Positions 26,317 to 33,723 of a stretch of 33,723 nucleotides of DNA are shown piece by piece. Positions within the stretch are counted from its first letter, which is position 1. Each line of letters begins with the position of its first letter. The notes under the pieces are model-generated. The model saw only the letters and a program-made list of their open reading frames with translations, had not been told where the DNA came from and did not search any database. The DNA is from a virus (taxonomy: Duplodnaviria > Caudoviricetes), in IMG/VR virus record IMGVR_UViG_3300012208_000070, positions 1-33,723 of that record; one strand, written 5' to 3'. Made by a program: the position numbers and the translations under genes.

Positions 26317-27786
26317 TTATTGTATCCATGTTTTCCAATTAAGCGTTCCTGTCTCTTTTTGTTTTTCTCTATATTTAATAAGGAAGTCTATTACTGGATT
26401 CTCATGTCTAAGTTTTAATTTCAATAGCGCATCTGCACTTAAACTACTTGCTCCTGTTTTTGTTCTTTTAACAATTGGATAACCAAGAAGATCATGAAAA
26501 TATTTAGTGCATTTTTTATTGCTTATTAACATTTCTACCTTTGGTCCTGTTAAAATACTTATAATCCTCATATATTGCATCATAAGTCTATCAGACTCAT
26601 TTATCCATTGCTGGCGCTTTTCTTCATTAAATTTCATTCCAAGTAAGGACATTATAAGATATGGTCTAATAGACTTCATAGCTTGATCTATACTAGATAG
26701 AAGACCAGGATCATTACTTGCGTATTTAAGCTGGGCTTCTTTGACTAGTCTCATTGTGTAAACATCTTTACTACAATATTTCCATAGTTGCTCTGCTTGA
26801 CTTAAATTATTATAACCATGAGCAGCTTCTGATTTATGATATGGAAGATATAACCAATAACTTATACAATGTCCTAGCGATTTTTCAACAGTAGGGAAGA
26901 TACGGTGATTAGAAATAAGAGTATCAAAGCAATTTTTGCCAATAGATATTTTATATTTATAGGCAAAAATAAAGAAATCGAACACAGCACCGTTATGAGC
27001 AATAACAGTGTTACCATAGAAGGCCATATATAAAGCTCTAAAAATTTGAGGAATTTCTTCATAAGCTGGTTTATATTCTATATCTAGAACTGGAACAACG
27101 TATATATTATTTGAATTCCCAAAGTTAAAAGCAAAACATCTAATGTCTAGACTTTCAATATCTGTTTCTATGTCGATATATAAATCTTGCCCTTTTTCTT
27201 TTTCCAAGGTTTCAATAATTGTTTTACTTGGAGGGTAAATGTGATACTCTGGACTGAAAGAAGGTAATGGAATATTCCCGTTATTTTCGAGGATACGCAA
27301 TACTTTTTTTGTGTCTGCTTTAAGCCAGAAACGATAATTTTCACGGGAAGTTTTATTTCTTGATTTTTCTCCAATATAGGAATCTCGTTCTTCTTCATAT
27401 TCATCTTCAATTTCTTCTTTATTAAATTTTGCTTCAAAATTTTGTGGATCGATTGCATCTTGATAGGAAAAACTTGAAATACATGGTATTCCATTTATAA
27501 TATATGGACTTCCGCGCGCCTCATCTAATGTTTCAACTCTACCTGTATATATATGAAAAGCTCTTTGTCCTAATAAAAAAACAATTTTAGTCTTAGGTAA
27601 AAGTTTTCTTTTATCATCAATTAATCTTACATCGCAACAATAAATGTTTGTTTCTGGCATCAAACATTCAGTATTAAAAAAGTATGCGCCGGAGCCTTGT
27701 AAAAGTTGTCTTTTCTCAAATCTATTCGAGCCTGATAGAATAATAGTTAGCCCGTTATAATCAAATTTTGGTGGTTGACTTAACAC
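26317..27786 (-). CDS. polA: DNA polymerase family A, N-terminal subunit (UDG-like domain, 3'-5' exonuclease, thumb)
   Basis: PKTKIVFLLG...RG...GIPCI (UDG-like); ExoI DIET, ExoII HNGAVFD, ExoIII YCSKD; thumb NPVIDFLIKYRE; GTG start. Confidence 0.85.
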   Translation of the reverse strand: MLSQPPKFDYNGLTIILSGSNRFEKRQLLQGSGAYFFNTECLMPETNIYCCDVRLIDDKRKLLPKTKIVFLLGQRAFHIYTGRVETLDEARGSPYIINGIPCISSFSYQDAIDPQNFEAKFNKEEIEDEYEEERDSYIGEKSRNKTSRENYRFWLKADTKKVLRILENNGNIPLPSFSPEYHIYPPSKTIIETLEKEKGQDLYIDIETDIESLDIRCFAFNFGNSNNIYVVPVLDIEYKPAYEEIPQIFRALYMAFYGNTVIAHNGAVFDFFIFAYKYKISIGKNCFDTLISNHRIFPTVEKSLGHCISYWLYLPYHKSEAAHGYNNLSQAEQLWKYCSKDVYTMRLVKEAQLKYASNDPGLLSSIDQAMKSIRPYLIMSLLGMKFNEEKRQQWINESDRLMMQYMRIISILTGPKVEMLISNKKCTKYFHDLLGYPIVKRTKTGASSLSADALLKLKLRHENPVIDFLIKYREKQKETGTLNWKTWIQ

Positions 27787-27946
27787 GTTGATGTTGTAGA
27801 AAGCTTTTAATTACTGAATATGAACTATTGGGAACTGGAATACTAACATTATTTAATTTAACATCATGAATATCAATATCATCGTGTGACATAGGATCAT
27901 TTTTATCTGCTTCTATATATTCAAAATCTATAGTTAGAGTATTCAT
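27761..27946 (-). CDS. hypothetical protein
   Basis: 61 aa, ATGA coupling. Confidence 0.55.
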   Translation of the reverse strand: MNTLTIDFEYIEADKNDPMSHDDIDIHDVKLNNVSIPVPNSSYSVIKSFLQHQRVKSTTKI

Positions 27947-28212
27947 ACTATATCATTTCCTAGTTCCATTTGAAGTGCATCTTGACTATTCCATATGTAA
28001 TTGTATAGTTTCACTTTATCTTGTTCAAAAGATTTCATACTATTATACAATTTTTCTGGAGGATTATAATTATAACCTTCTTTCTCTAAAATATCTTTAA
28101 GCCATCTAAAATAACTTGCTGGAATATCTTGTAATAGTTGATTTTTATATTTTCCAAATACCATTAAAGATGTATCTTCAAAGCATGGATTTCTTTTGTC
28201 TTGTTTTGTCAT
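27943..28212 (-). CDS. DUF3820/ExoX C-terminal-like small protein
   Basis: MVFGKYKNQLLQDIPASYFRWL motif. Confidence 0.75.
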   Translation of the reverse strand: MTKQDKRNPCFEDTSLMVFGKYKNQLLQDIPASYFRWLKDILEKEGYNYNPPEKLYNSMKSFEQDKVKLYNYIWNSQDALQMELGNDIV

Positions 28213-28214
28213 AT

Positions 28215-28397
28215 TTATCCTTGAGAACCTTCTAATGCTTCATTGTGTATTTGTTCTTCTTTTATTGCATCTTCTTTTTCTAAAACAATTATTGCTTTAC
28301 GAAATATTTTAAATGCGTGAGCAAATTGAGGTAAATTAATATTTTTATAGTGTAATTCCGTTATTTCACAGGCACGTATAATTATCTCAGATTTCAT
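28215..28397 (-). CDS. hypothetical protein
   Basis: 60 aa, in operon. Confidence 0.5.
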   Translation of the reverse strand: MKSEIIIRACEITELHYKNINLPQFAHAFKIFRKAIIVLEKEDAIKEEQIHNEALEGSQG

Positions 28398-28669
28398 AAA
28401 ATTAAGAAAGTGGCCAGTAACTTTAAAGTGCTTGTCGTACTTATAAAGAAGGAAGAATTGCCACCATTATAGTTGTTGTAAAGTTTATAATGCACAAGTT
28501 ACAACTTGAATGTGGATTACTTATATGTTTCATCATGGCTATCTTCCAAAATGTCTGGTTGCATTATTTCAGCAACCAGGATTTTTGGACCTATTATTAG
28601 GTCTTGTGGATATTAAATCCACCATTTAGCATGTTGCTAGCCTATTTAACCGGACTAGTGCGGAATTAT
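28398..28669 (-). ncRNA. candidate structured RNA (multi-hairpin) downstream of the SSB gene
   Basis: Stems 28555-28579, 28588-28603, 28606-28622, 28637-28658 (G.U pair only on - strand), 28475-28505. Confidence 0.45.
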
Positions 28670-29224
28670 TTAGAATGGATGCGGAACTTCACCAGTATAT
28701 CTCTTTAGCCACATAGTTTGAGTTAACATAGTCCTAGTTATTTCTTCACCATCACTATCAGTGATTGGATCACCAATAGGTTGTTCACCCTTAGCAATCT
28801 TTTCTTCTTTTTCTTCTTCTGTTAATTGTTTTCTCTCTACTATAGTTAAACCTTGAACTATAGCTTCCATACATAAAGAATCAAAGAACTTAATATCTGG
28901 ATTTGTTTCATCTACTCCTTTGAATTCCTCTCCATTTGCTTTAGTCCAAAACTCAGCATAAAAGCCATCTACTGCTTTTTGTGTTAGGGTGAAATAAGTA
29001 GTTTTAAGTCTCAATCCAGCAAGTTGATATTCCTGGCCGTTTCTTTCCATTTTAGTATCAATACTCCCAGTGCTATTTGGGATACCTAAAAGTTCCCAAT
29101 TTGCTGTTATCATTGGAGCATCATTAGAATTAGGCCCAAATTTAACATCTGTGCAGCGAATTACACAACGATTCTTGAACGCAGGTGGGACAGCTAATTT
29201 AGGTTTATTTGATTTAGTTAACAT
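28670..29224 (-). CDS. single-stranded DNA-binding protein (DUF669-like OB fold)
   Basis: NDAPMITANWEL beta pattern, acidic tail ending PF, near Sak4-like ATPase. Confidence 0.6.
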   Translation of the reverse strand: MLTKSNKPKLAVPPAFKNRCVIRCTDVKFGPNSNDAPMITANWELLGIPNSTGSIDTKMERNGQEYQLAGLRLKTTYFTLTQKAVDGFYAEFWTKANGEEFKGVDETNPDIKFFDSLCMEAIVQGLTIVERKQLTEEEKEEKIAKGEQPIGDPITDSDGEEITRTMLTQTMWLKRYTGEVPHPF

Positions 29225-29282
29225 ATGTTTTTGGTTTTAGTTTTTTTGTTTTGTTTTCCTCTCTATTTTTATAAGAGAGAAA
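29225..29282 (-). promoter_or_regulatory. hairpin followed by unstructured A/C-rich SD-less leader of SSB
   Basis: - strand ctctct..agagag stem, then aaaacaaaacaaaaaaactaaaaccaaaaacatATG. Confidence 0.55.
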
Positions 29283-29286
29283 TTGT

Positions 29287-29496
29287 TTATTCTATATTTC
29301 CATGATCTGTTCTTGTTACATGTTCAGAAGCTAGAACATGAACCCCACCATTAGGGCCAATAACAACAAAACTTCTTCCTATTGGTGGAAAATAAATGTA
29401 ATCTATATGGGGAATATGAATCTGAAATCCGTCTGTCATATAAATTGTGAATGGTTTAAAATCTTTTATTTGATCTTTTAACTCTCCTATTTTCAT
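29287..29496 (-). CDS. Sm/Hfq-like small protein, paralog 2
   Basis: FKPFTIYMTDGFQIHIPHIDYIYFPP...LASEHVT. Confidence 0.55.
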   Translation of the reverse strand: MKIGELKDQIKDFKPFTIYMTDGFQIHIPHIDYIYFPPIGRSFVVIGPNGGVHVLASEHVTRTDHGNIE

Positions 29497-29891
29497 AAAT
29501 TATTTTCTTTTAAATAGAATGTCATATTTTTCATATCTATTTTAAATTGTATAGGATTTATATGATAAGGTGTTACATATAAAGAAGATTTTAAATTATT
29601 AAGTGGTATTCCCATTTCTAGAAATCCACTTTCTATAGCACCTACTCTAAACATATTAAGAGCACGAAGTAAATGCTGCTGCTCTGGAAAATATCCTGTA
29701 TTTAATGTTTTATTTTTATCTGCATGTAATGTAATTGCCATAACAGCACCAGCTAAGCAAATAAAACATTTTTTATTATGATTTTCATGAAACACATTCA
29801 TAGAAATTTCATAAATTTCTGGCATACTTTCTACAGTTTCTAAATCTTTTAAAGCTAATTCTATTAGTTTTGAGGGTTTTATATTTTTCAT
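29493..29891 (-). CDS. hypothetical phage protein
   Basis: 132 aa with CFICLAGAVMA; ATGA coupling. Confidence 0.6.
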   Translation of the reverse strand: MKNIKPSKLIELALKDLETVESMPEIYEISMNVFHENHNKKCFICLAGAVMAITLHADKNKTLNTGYFPEQQHLLRALNMFRVGAIESGFLEMGIPLNNLKSSLYVTPYHINPIQFKIDMKNMTFYLKENNL

Positions 29892-30670
29892 ATTTTATTT
29901 TTGTATTGTTCAAATATCTTAAAATGTGGCTCTATTTTAAATGTTCCTTCTGGAAATTTTAATCTTGTTTTAATATCTACTCTATTATTACTGGCTACTT
30001 GCCACCAATAAGAACATTTTGTTACTATTCCATCTTTATTTTTTTCTTCTTCACAAATCATATGGAAAAAATCAGTAAAATGAGACTTAAGTTGAGCTAC
30101 GAACTTCCCTTGCATAAGTGGTGCTATCTTATCTAAAAGTTGTCCTGTGTTTTTATCTCTTACTTTATCCTCATGGAATGTTACTACAACATGACATTTA
30201 CATGCTTTAAGACGAACAACTATTTTTTCGCAGTATTCTATTTTTTTCTGCCAAAAATAATAGTCGTCTGTTTTACCTTCCTTTGTTACTTTAGGTGGAT
30301 CAGTATCTTGCTGTAAATCAAAAGCATTTTGCAGTGCTGTCCAACTATCAAGAAGTAGTGTTTGTTCATTACTCATTTTAAGAACATCTTCTTCTAGAAA
30401 TTTAAGAAAAGCATCTCTTCTATTAGCTGTAGCTCTAGGTTTAGTTGGTTTAAATCCAAAATTACATACCCATTCTTCGTCATAAAATGGAATAAAAATA
30501 ATATTTTCTCCCGAAAATCTAGTAAGACCACCATCAAAGTCTGCAACTATAACATTTGGAAAAGTTAGAGCAGATGTTGTTTTTCCAGTAGCAGGCTCGC
30601 CACAAAGTCCAAGTCTAATTTGACCCATTAGAGTATCTTTTAAATTAAGTGATTTCTCAGGAATGTGCAT
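29888..30670 (-). CDS. Sak4-like AAA ATPase (single-strand annealing recombinase)
   Basis: GEPATGKTT, DFDGG, LLLDSWT, VVVTFHE; between nuclease and SSB. Confidence 0.8.
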   Translation of the reverse strand: MHIPEKSLNLKDTLMGQIRLGLCGEPATGKTTSALTFPNVIVADFDGGLTRFSGENIIFIPFYDEEWVCNFGFKPTKPRATANRRDAFLKFLEEDVLKMSNEQTLLLDSWTALQNAFDLQQDTDPPKVTKEGKTDDYYFWQKKIEYCEKIVVRLKACKCHVVVTFHEDKVRDKNTGQLLDKIAPLMQGKFVAQLKSHFTDFFHMICEEEKNKDGIVTKCSYWWQVASNNRVDIKTRLKFPEGTFKIEPHFKIFEQYKNKI

Positions 30671-30671
30671 A

Positions 30672-30836
30672 TTATTTTAGAGTTTTCTTTATTATTAAAA
30701 TAAATCCAAAAATTATTAAATGTATAGACCAATATATTTTAAGGTAATCATATCTACCAAAATAACTTATTCCAAAACTAAATAAATCAAAATCAGTTAT
30801 TGGGAATTTCCATTGATTTGATACAACTATTATCAT
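30672..30836 (-). CDS. hypothetical 54-aa aromatic-rich protein
   Basis: MIIVVSNQWKFPITDFDLFSFGISYF...KKTLK*; ATGA coupled, fills the gap exactly. Confidence 0.55.
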   Translation of the reverse strand: MIIVVSNQWKFPITDFDLFSFGISYFGRYDYLKIYWSIHLIIFGFILIIKKTLK

Positions 30837-31072
30837 ATAACTATATTTTGTTCTATTACTTCCATTGTTTCCTTAAAAGAACCAATTATATAGAATCCAT
30901 CACCTTGTCTTAATTTTATTCCAGTAACATTTTTTATAAGACAATCATATCTATCCATTACTGGATGAATAATAACAATATCTTCTATGTTAATTGCAAT
31001 CTCAGCAACAGAAATTACTTTAGGCTCACTCTCATTCTCAATCCTTGCTTGTGTTAGAGTTAAAAGCTTCAT
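30833..31072 (-). CDS. FlbD-like small protein
   Basis: MKLLTLT...IAINIEDIVII...TGIKL..GDGFYIIGSFKETMEVI resembles the FlbD pattern. Confidence 0.4.
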   Translation of the reverse strand: MKLLTLTQARIENESEPKVISVAEIAINIEDIVIIHPVMDRYDCLIKNVTGIKLRQGDGFYIIGSFKETMEVIEQNIVI

Positions 31073-31299
31073 TTTTTATTTTCCCATTCTAGTTTACTTC
31101 TATGAATTGTTATATTACCACCTTTCGTTAAATCTAAACAATAGATGAAAATATTATCTAAAATTCCAAAAAGTGGAAAAACTTTTATTTTAATTCCTTC
31201 TCTATTTATATAAAAATATTCCAGTTTTTCTGGATTATTTTTTATCTCTGACATAATTATTCTTTTAATCTTACCTCTTCTGTCAAGAATTGAATTCAA
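31069..31299 (-). CDS. hypothetical protein
   Basis: 76 aa, overlaps neighbours. Confidence 0.5.
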   Translation of the reverse strand: MNSILDRRGKIKRIIMSEIKNNPEKLEYFYINREGIKIKVFPLFGILDNIFIYCLDLTKGGNITIHRSKLEWENKK

Positions 31300-32338
31300 G
31301 TGGATTATAGTGTTTTTTAATAAAATTATAGTCTAATATTACATTCCTTGTAGTTTCATCTACTGCTGCGCATGATTGAGAAAAATCACATTTTCCATAC
31401 TTAGTTTCGCATGAGCCATTTAAAATTCCTTCGCGCAATGGAAGTCTATTACTAGATCTCCATAATTTAATTGAATCTATTAATTTAAATACTTTTCTTT
31501 CTACTAATTTATCAAATTCTTCCATTTTAGGATCATCAGAAAATAACATAACTTCAGATCGTTTATATTCTACTTCTTTATCTGCTCCTTTATAGAATAT
31601 TCCATCTATTTGACAACCTATTATATCTTCACATAGTTTTCCAATAAAAGATTCTGGATAAGCTTCTGCATATTTAAATAAGCTCCATTTATAAAATCGT
31701 AATTGTGGAGATAATTCAAAAGATTGAAAATAAGATTTTATATCCCACATAGATGTAGTTTTTGCATCCATTATAGATACTATTCCGTTTTCTTGTTTTC
31801 CTATTTCATCCATAGTAAATGCCATTAAGATTTCCATATCATCATCTACATAATATGGAAAAGCGCCTTTGATTTCTAATAGAGATTCTTCTATTTCAAC
31901 TTCATGTTCTGAATTATCGGAACAAAGTAAGTATGTTTTAGTAGCTTCATTAAGACTTTCTAATTGTTCTTTGGTTAAATTTTTTATTTTTTTCTTAATT
32001 TTTATTCTAATAGGCTTAAAAGAATCTTTTGCATATTTTTCTGCATACTCTATACATATTCTCATTAAGAAAACTGGGGTAAGATATTTTTTATTATACT
32101 TCTCTATCATCGGAGTATTTATAAAATATTCTTTTGCTTTATTTATTCCTTCTGCAACTCCTTGTTCTCCCTTTTCTCTAAATATTTTTCTGAAGATATG
32201 GAATGCAGTACCGAAACAGATATCATTATTTTCTAATTTTTGTTTATAGCCTTCTACAACAGTATTAAATAATCTAAGAATACAAGAAGAATTAGAAAAA
32301 GCAGAAGCATCTAACATTAGAAGTAATTTATCAGACAT
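31283..32338 (-). CDS. PD-(D/E)XK Cas4/RecB-like exonuclease
   Basis: N-terminal Cys, FGTAFH, MD...IMDAKTT, QLRFY, C-terminal C..YGKC.F...C. Confidence 0.85.
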   Translation of the reverse strand: MSDKLLLMLDASAFSNSSCILRLFNTVVEGYKQKLENNDICFGTAFHIFRKIFREKGEQGVAEGINKAKEYFINTPMIEKYNKKYLTPVFLMRICIEYAEKYAKDSFKPIRIKIKKKIKNLTKEQLESLNEATKTYLLCSDNSEHEVEIEESLLEIKGAFPYYVDDDMEILMAFTMDEIGKQENGIVSIMDAKTTSMWDIKSYFQSFELSPQLRFYKWSLFKYAEAYPESFIGKLCEDIIGCQIDGIFYKGADKEVEYKRSEVMLFSDDPKMEEFDKLVERKVFKLIDSIKLWRSSNRLPLREGILNGSCETKYGKCDFSQSCAAVDETTRNVILDYNFIKKHYNPLEFNS

Positions 32339-32540
32339 AAGATTTTTCTAAAGAAGTTATATGATTTTTATTTAAGACTATATAATATCCAGTTGATTGA
32401 AAGAGAAATATACCATCACCCACTGGATGAAATATTAAAAAATCTTGATGTGCTACGATAAATTTTCTTCCATCTGAAAGACAAATTAATATAGGACACT
32501 TTGTATCTACTAGATAAGCTTTTATTGTTTCTGTTGTCAT
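32331..32540 (-). CDS. Sm/Hfq-like small protein, paralog 3
   Basis: PILICLSDGRKFIVAHQDFLIFHP...LNKNHITSLE. Confidence 0.55.
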   Translation of the reverse strand: MTTETIKAYLVDTKCPILICLSDGRKFIVAHQDFLIFHPVGDGIFLFQSTGYYIVLNKNHITSLEKSYV

Positions 32541-32761
32541 GGTAACTCAATCCCAAAGCTCTTAGCAATTGCGCGAGCTTGATTTAATTTTATATTTAAT
32601 TCCATATTAGCTTGCTTTGATCCTTTAATAGTATGCTCAGTTTTAACTTGTAGTTCAGGACGAGTTATATTAAAATATGGTGATAAATAAGAATTTAATT
32701 CTGAATCAGACATAGCTTCTAATTTTTCTGCTGAGCACTCTAATAATTGTTCTATGGTCAT
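32537..32761 (-). CDS. hypothetical protein
   Basis: 74 aa, ATGA coupling. Confidence 0.6.
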   Translation of the reverse strand: MTIEQLLECSAEKLEAMSDSELNSYLSPYFNITRPELQVKTEHTIKGSKQANMELNIKLNQARAIAKSFGIELP

Positions 32762-33048
32762 ATTTCAAAAGGAAATCTTAGATAGAATTTTTCTTCATTT
32801 TCCATATAAGTGTATAAGGAAACTCCAACAATATTAATTCTATATTCTATAAATTTAATAGGTGAGTTTAATTTTATTACAAGACAGATTAGACTTGCTT
32901 TATCTATTTTTTCAATTCCTTCTATATAAGATATTTTCTTATCATCTAAAACTTTTTTTATAATTTCTAGTCCTACTTTAGATGGAAGAAGAATTAATGA
33001 TTTTTTATCTTCACCAACTCTCCAATACTTAAGGATTTGTATTTTCAT
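32758..33048 (-). CDS. hypothetical protein
   Basis: 96 aa, in operon. Confidence 0.55.
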   Translation of the reverse strand: MKIQILKYWRVGEDKKSLILLPSKVGLEIIKKVLDDKKISYIEGIEKIDKASLICLVIKLNSPIKFIEYRINIVGVSLYTYMENEEKFYLRFPFEI

Positions 33049-33349
33049 TTTGTTTTATAGCATTCAATAATCTAGGTTTTGTAATTATATTAGAAAATAA
33101 AAAATTATTATTCTCATCTTTTACTTTAGATAAATACAGAATGTTAAGTATTTGCTGATCTACTGGAATTCTTTCATGGGAATCTAATGGTGTTCTATAA
33201 TAAGAACGTCCAGCACTAATTTCTGTTATTCCTGTAGTATCTTTCATAAACTGACAAATAACACAATTAAAATTATCTGAATAATTTATTTTTATATCTT
33301 CTGGTAAACCTTCTACCCATTTAATGAATTTTTCTTTTGATGTTTTCAT
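33029..33349 (-). CDS. hypothetical protein
   Basis: 106 aa with CVICQF. Confidence 0.55.
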   Translation of the reverse strand: MKTSKEKFIKWVEGLPEDIKINYSDNFNCVICQFMKDTTGITEISAGRSYYRTPLDSHERIPVDQQILNILYLSKVKDENNNFLFSNIITKPRLLNAIKQNENTNP

Positions 33350-33464
33350 TTATTTCTTGTTCTTCTAGTCGTTTTATTTCTTCTACTATTTCTGAAGCTA
33401 CGTAAAAATCTCCATAATCCATTGCAATAGCAAAATCTTCTTTTAATTCATCTAATGTTTTCAT
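33321..33464 (-). CDS. 47-aa stand-alone UVR (UvrB/UvrC motif)-like protein
   Basis: MKTLDELKEDFAIAMDYGDFYVASEIVEEIKRLEE; ATGA coupled; below ORF track cutoff. Confidence 0.55.
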   Translation of the reverse strand: MKTLDELKEDFAIAMDYGDFYVASEIVEEIKRLEEQEINENIKRKIH

Positions 33465-33721
33465 TCTATTTGATCTTTAGCTAAATGAACTACTTTAATT
33501 CTATTTTGTGAAACAAAAGCTGCGAAAATTGGACTTGGATCTAATAGAGTTTTCATTTTACTCACTTCTTCTTCATCTATATTTAAATCCTTTATATCTA
33601 GTTCTTCTCCCTCAGAACTTGTTTCCATAAAATGAAATACTTGATCTTTGTAAGTTTCTAATACTTTTGAATTTTCTAGATTAGAAACCTTATGCGCGAT
33701 CCAACCATTTATAGTAGGAGA
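33461..33721 (-). CDS. 5'-truncated hypothetical protein running off the window edge
   Basis: Open frame SPTINGWIAHK...VVHLAKDQIE*. Confidence 0.6.
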   Translation of the reverse strand, partial: SPTINGWIAHKVSNLENSKVLETYKDQVFHFMETSSEGEELDIKDLNIDEEEVSKMKTLLDPSPIFAAFVSQNRIKVVHLAKDQIE

Positions 33722-33723
33722 AT

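Noticed and set aside
25148-26328. Short direct repeats (GGATACAA, ACAATAAA on the - strand) near both polA breakpoints as excision or bypass sites
   Set aside because: Joining at either repeat is out of frame, and 8-mers are plausible by chance in AT-rich DNA
25171-26340. Split intein or group I intron joining the polA halves (C-part begins M-H-N)
   Set aside because: HN is followed by K rather than C/S/T, the N-part has no intein N-fragment, and the gap is fully coding with no recognisable intron core
28441-28536. 31-aa ORF MMKHISNPH... within the structured intergenic region
   Set aside because: Not coupled to neighbouring genes and has no motif; not excluded but unsupported
28600-28664. 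tRNA-like cloverleaf with CAT in a loop on the - strand
   Set aside because: No acceptor-stem pairing, no TTCRA T-loop and a non-canonical anticodon loop
25672-32249. Shadow ORFs 25672-26004, 26874-27062, 27168-27494 and 31869-32249
   Set aside because: Nested in or antisense to supported genes
31283-32338. Cas4-like gene as evidence of a CRISPR system
   Set aside because: No repeat-spacer array or other cas genes; the context is the usual phage nuclease-Sak4-SSB recombination module
1-33723. Genome-wide stop-codon reassignment
   Set aside because: Standard code gives dense coding; TAA, TGA and TAG all end genes, and many TGA stops overlap downstream ATGs
1-33723. CG dinucleotides look scarce yet often cluster as CGCG/GCGC
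   Set aside because: Visual impression only; the hand count of CGCG (~15) is near the naive expectation, and a Markov-model k-mer test is needed

Overview
A segment of an AT-rich (roughly 28-30% GC by eye) podovirus-like dsDNA phage genome with two convergent, tightly packed gene blocks. The + strand (1-21465) is the virion/lysis module: scaffold, major capsid protein, three or four signal-peptide-bearing proteins (the first three Thr/Asn-rich and fibre- or decoration-like), holin, lipoprotein, overlapping spanins, an Fn3/LRR protein, tail-collar fibre, adaptor, HNH-AP2 endonuclease, nozzle, a GNAT-like protein, three ejection proteins (the largest 1771 aa with a HExxH motif and repeated SEEE linkers) and a DDxxD protein. 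The - strand (21457-33723) is the replication module: ThyX, DUF3987-like helicase, a family A DNA polymerase split into two genes with six small ORFs between them, SSB, Sak4-like ATPase, Cas4-like nuclease and many small ORFs, three of which are paralogous Sm/Hfq-like proteins. Two long intergenic regions are highly structured, and one carries a sigma54-type promoter motif. SD-less A/C-rich leaders, TN-rich exported proteins and the small-protein family hint at a PVC (Verrucomicrobiota-like) host; this is inference. All calls come from reading motifs by eye; no searches were run.
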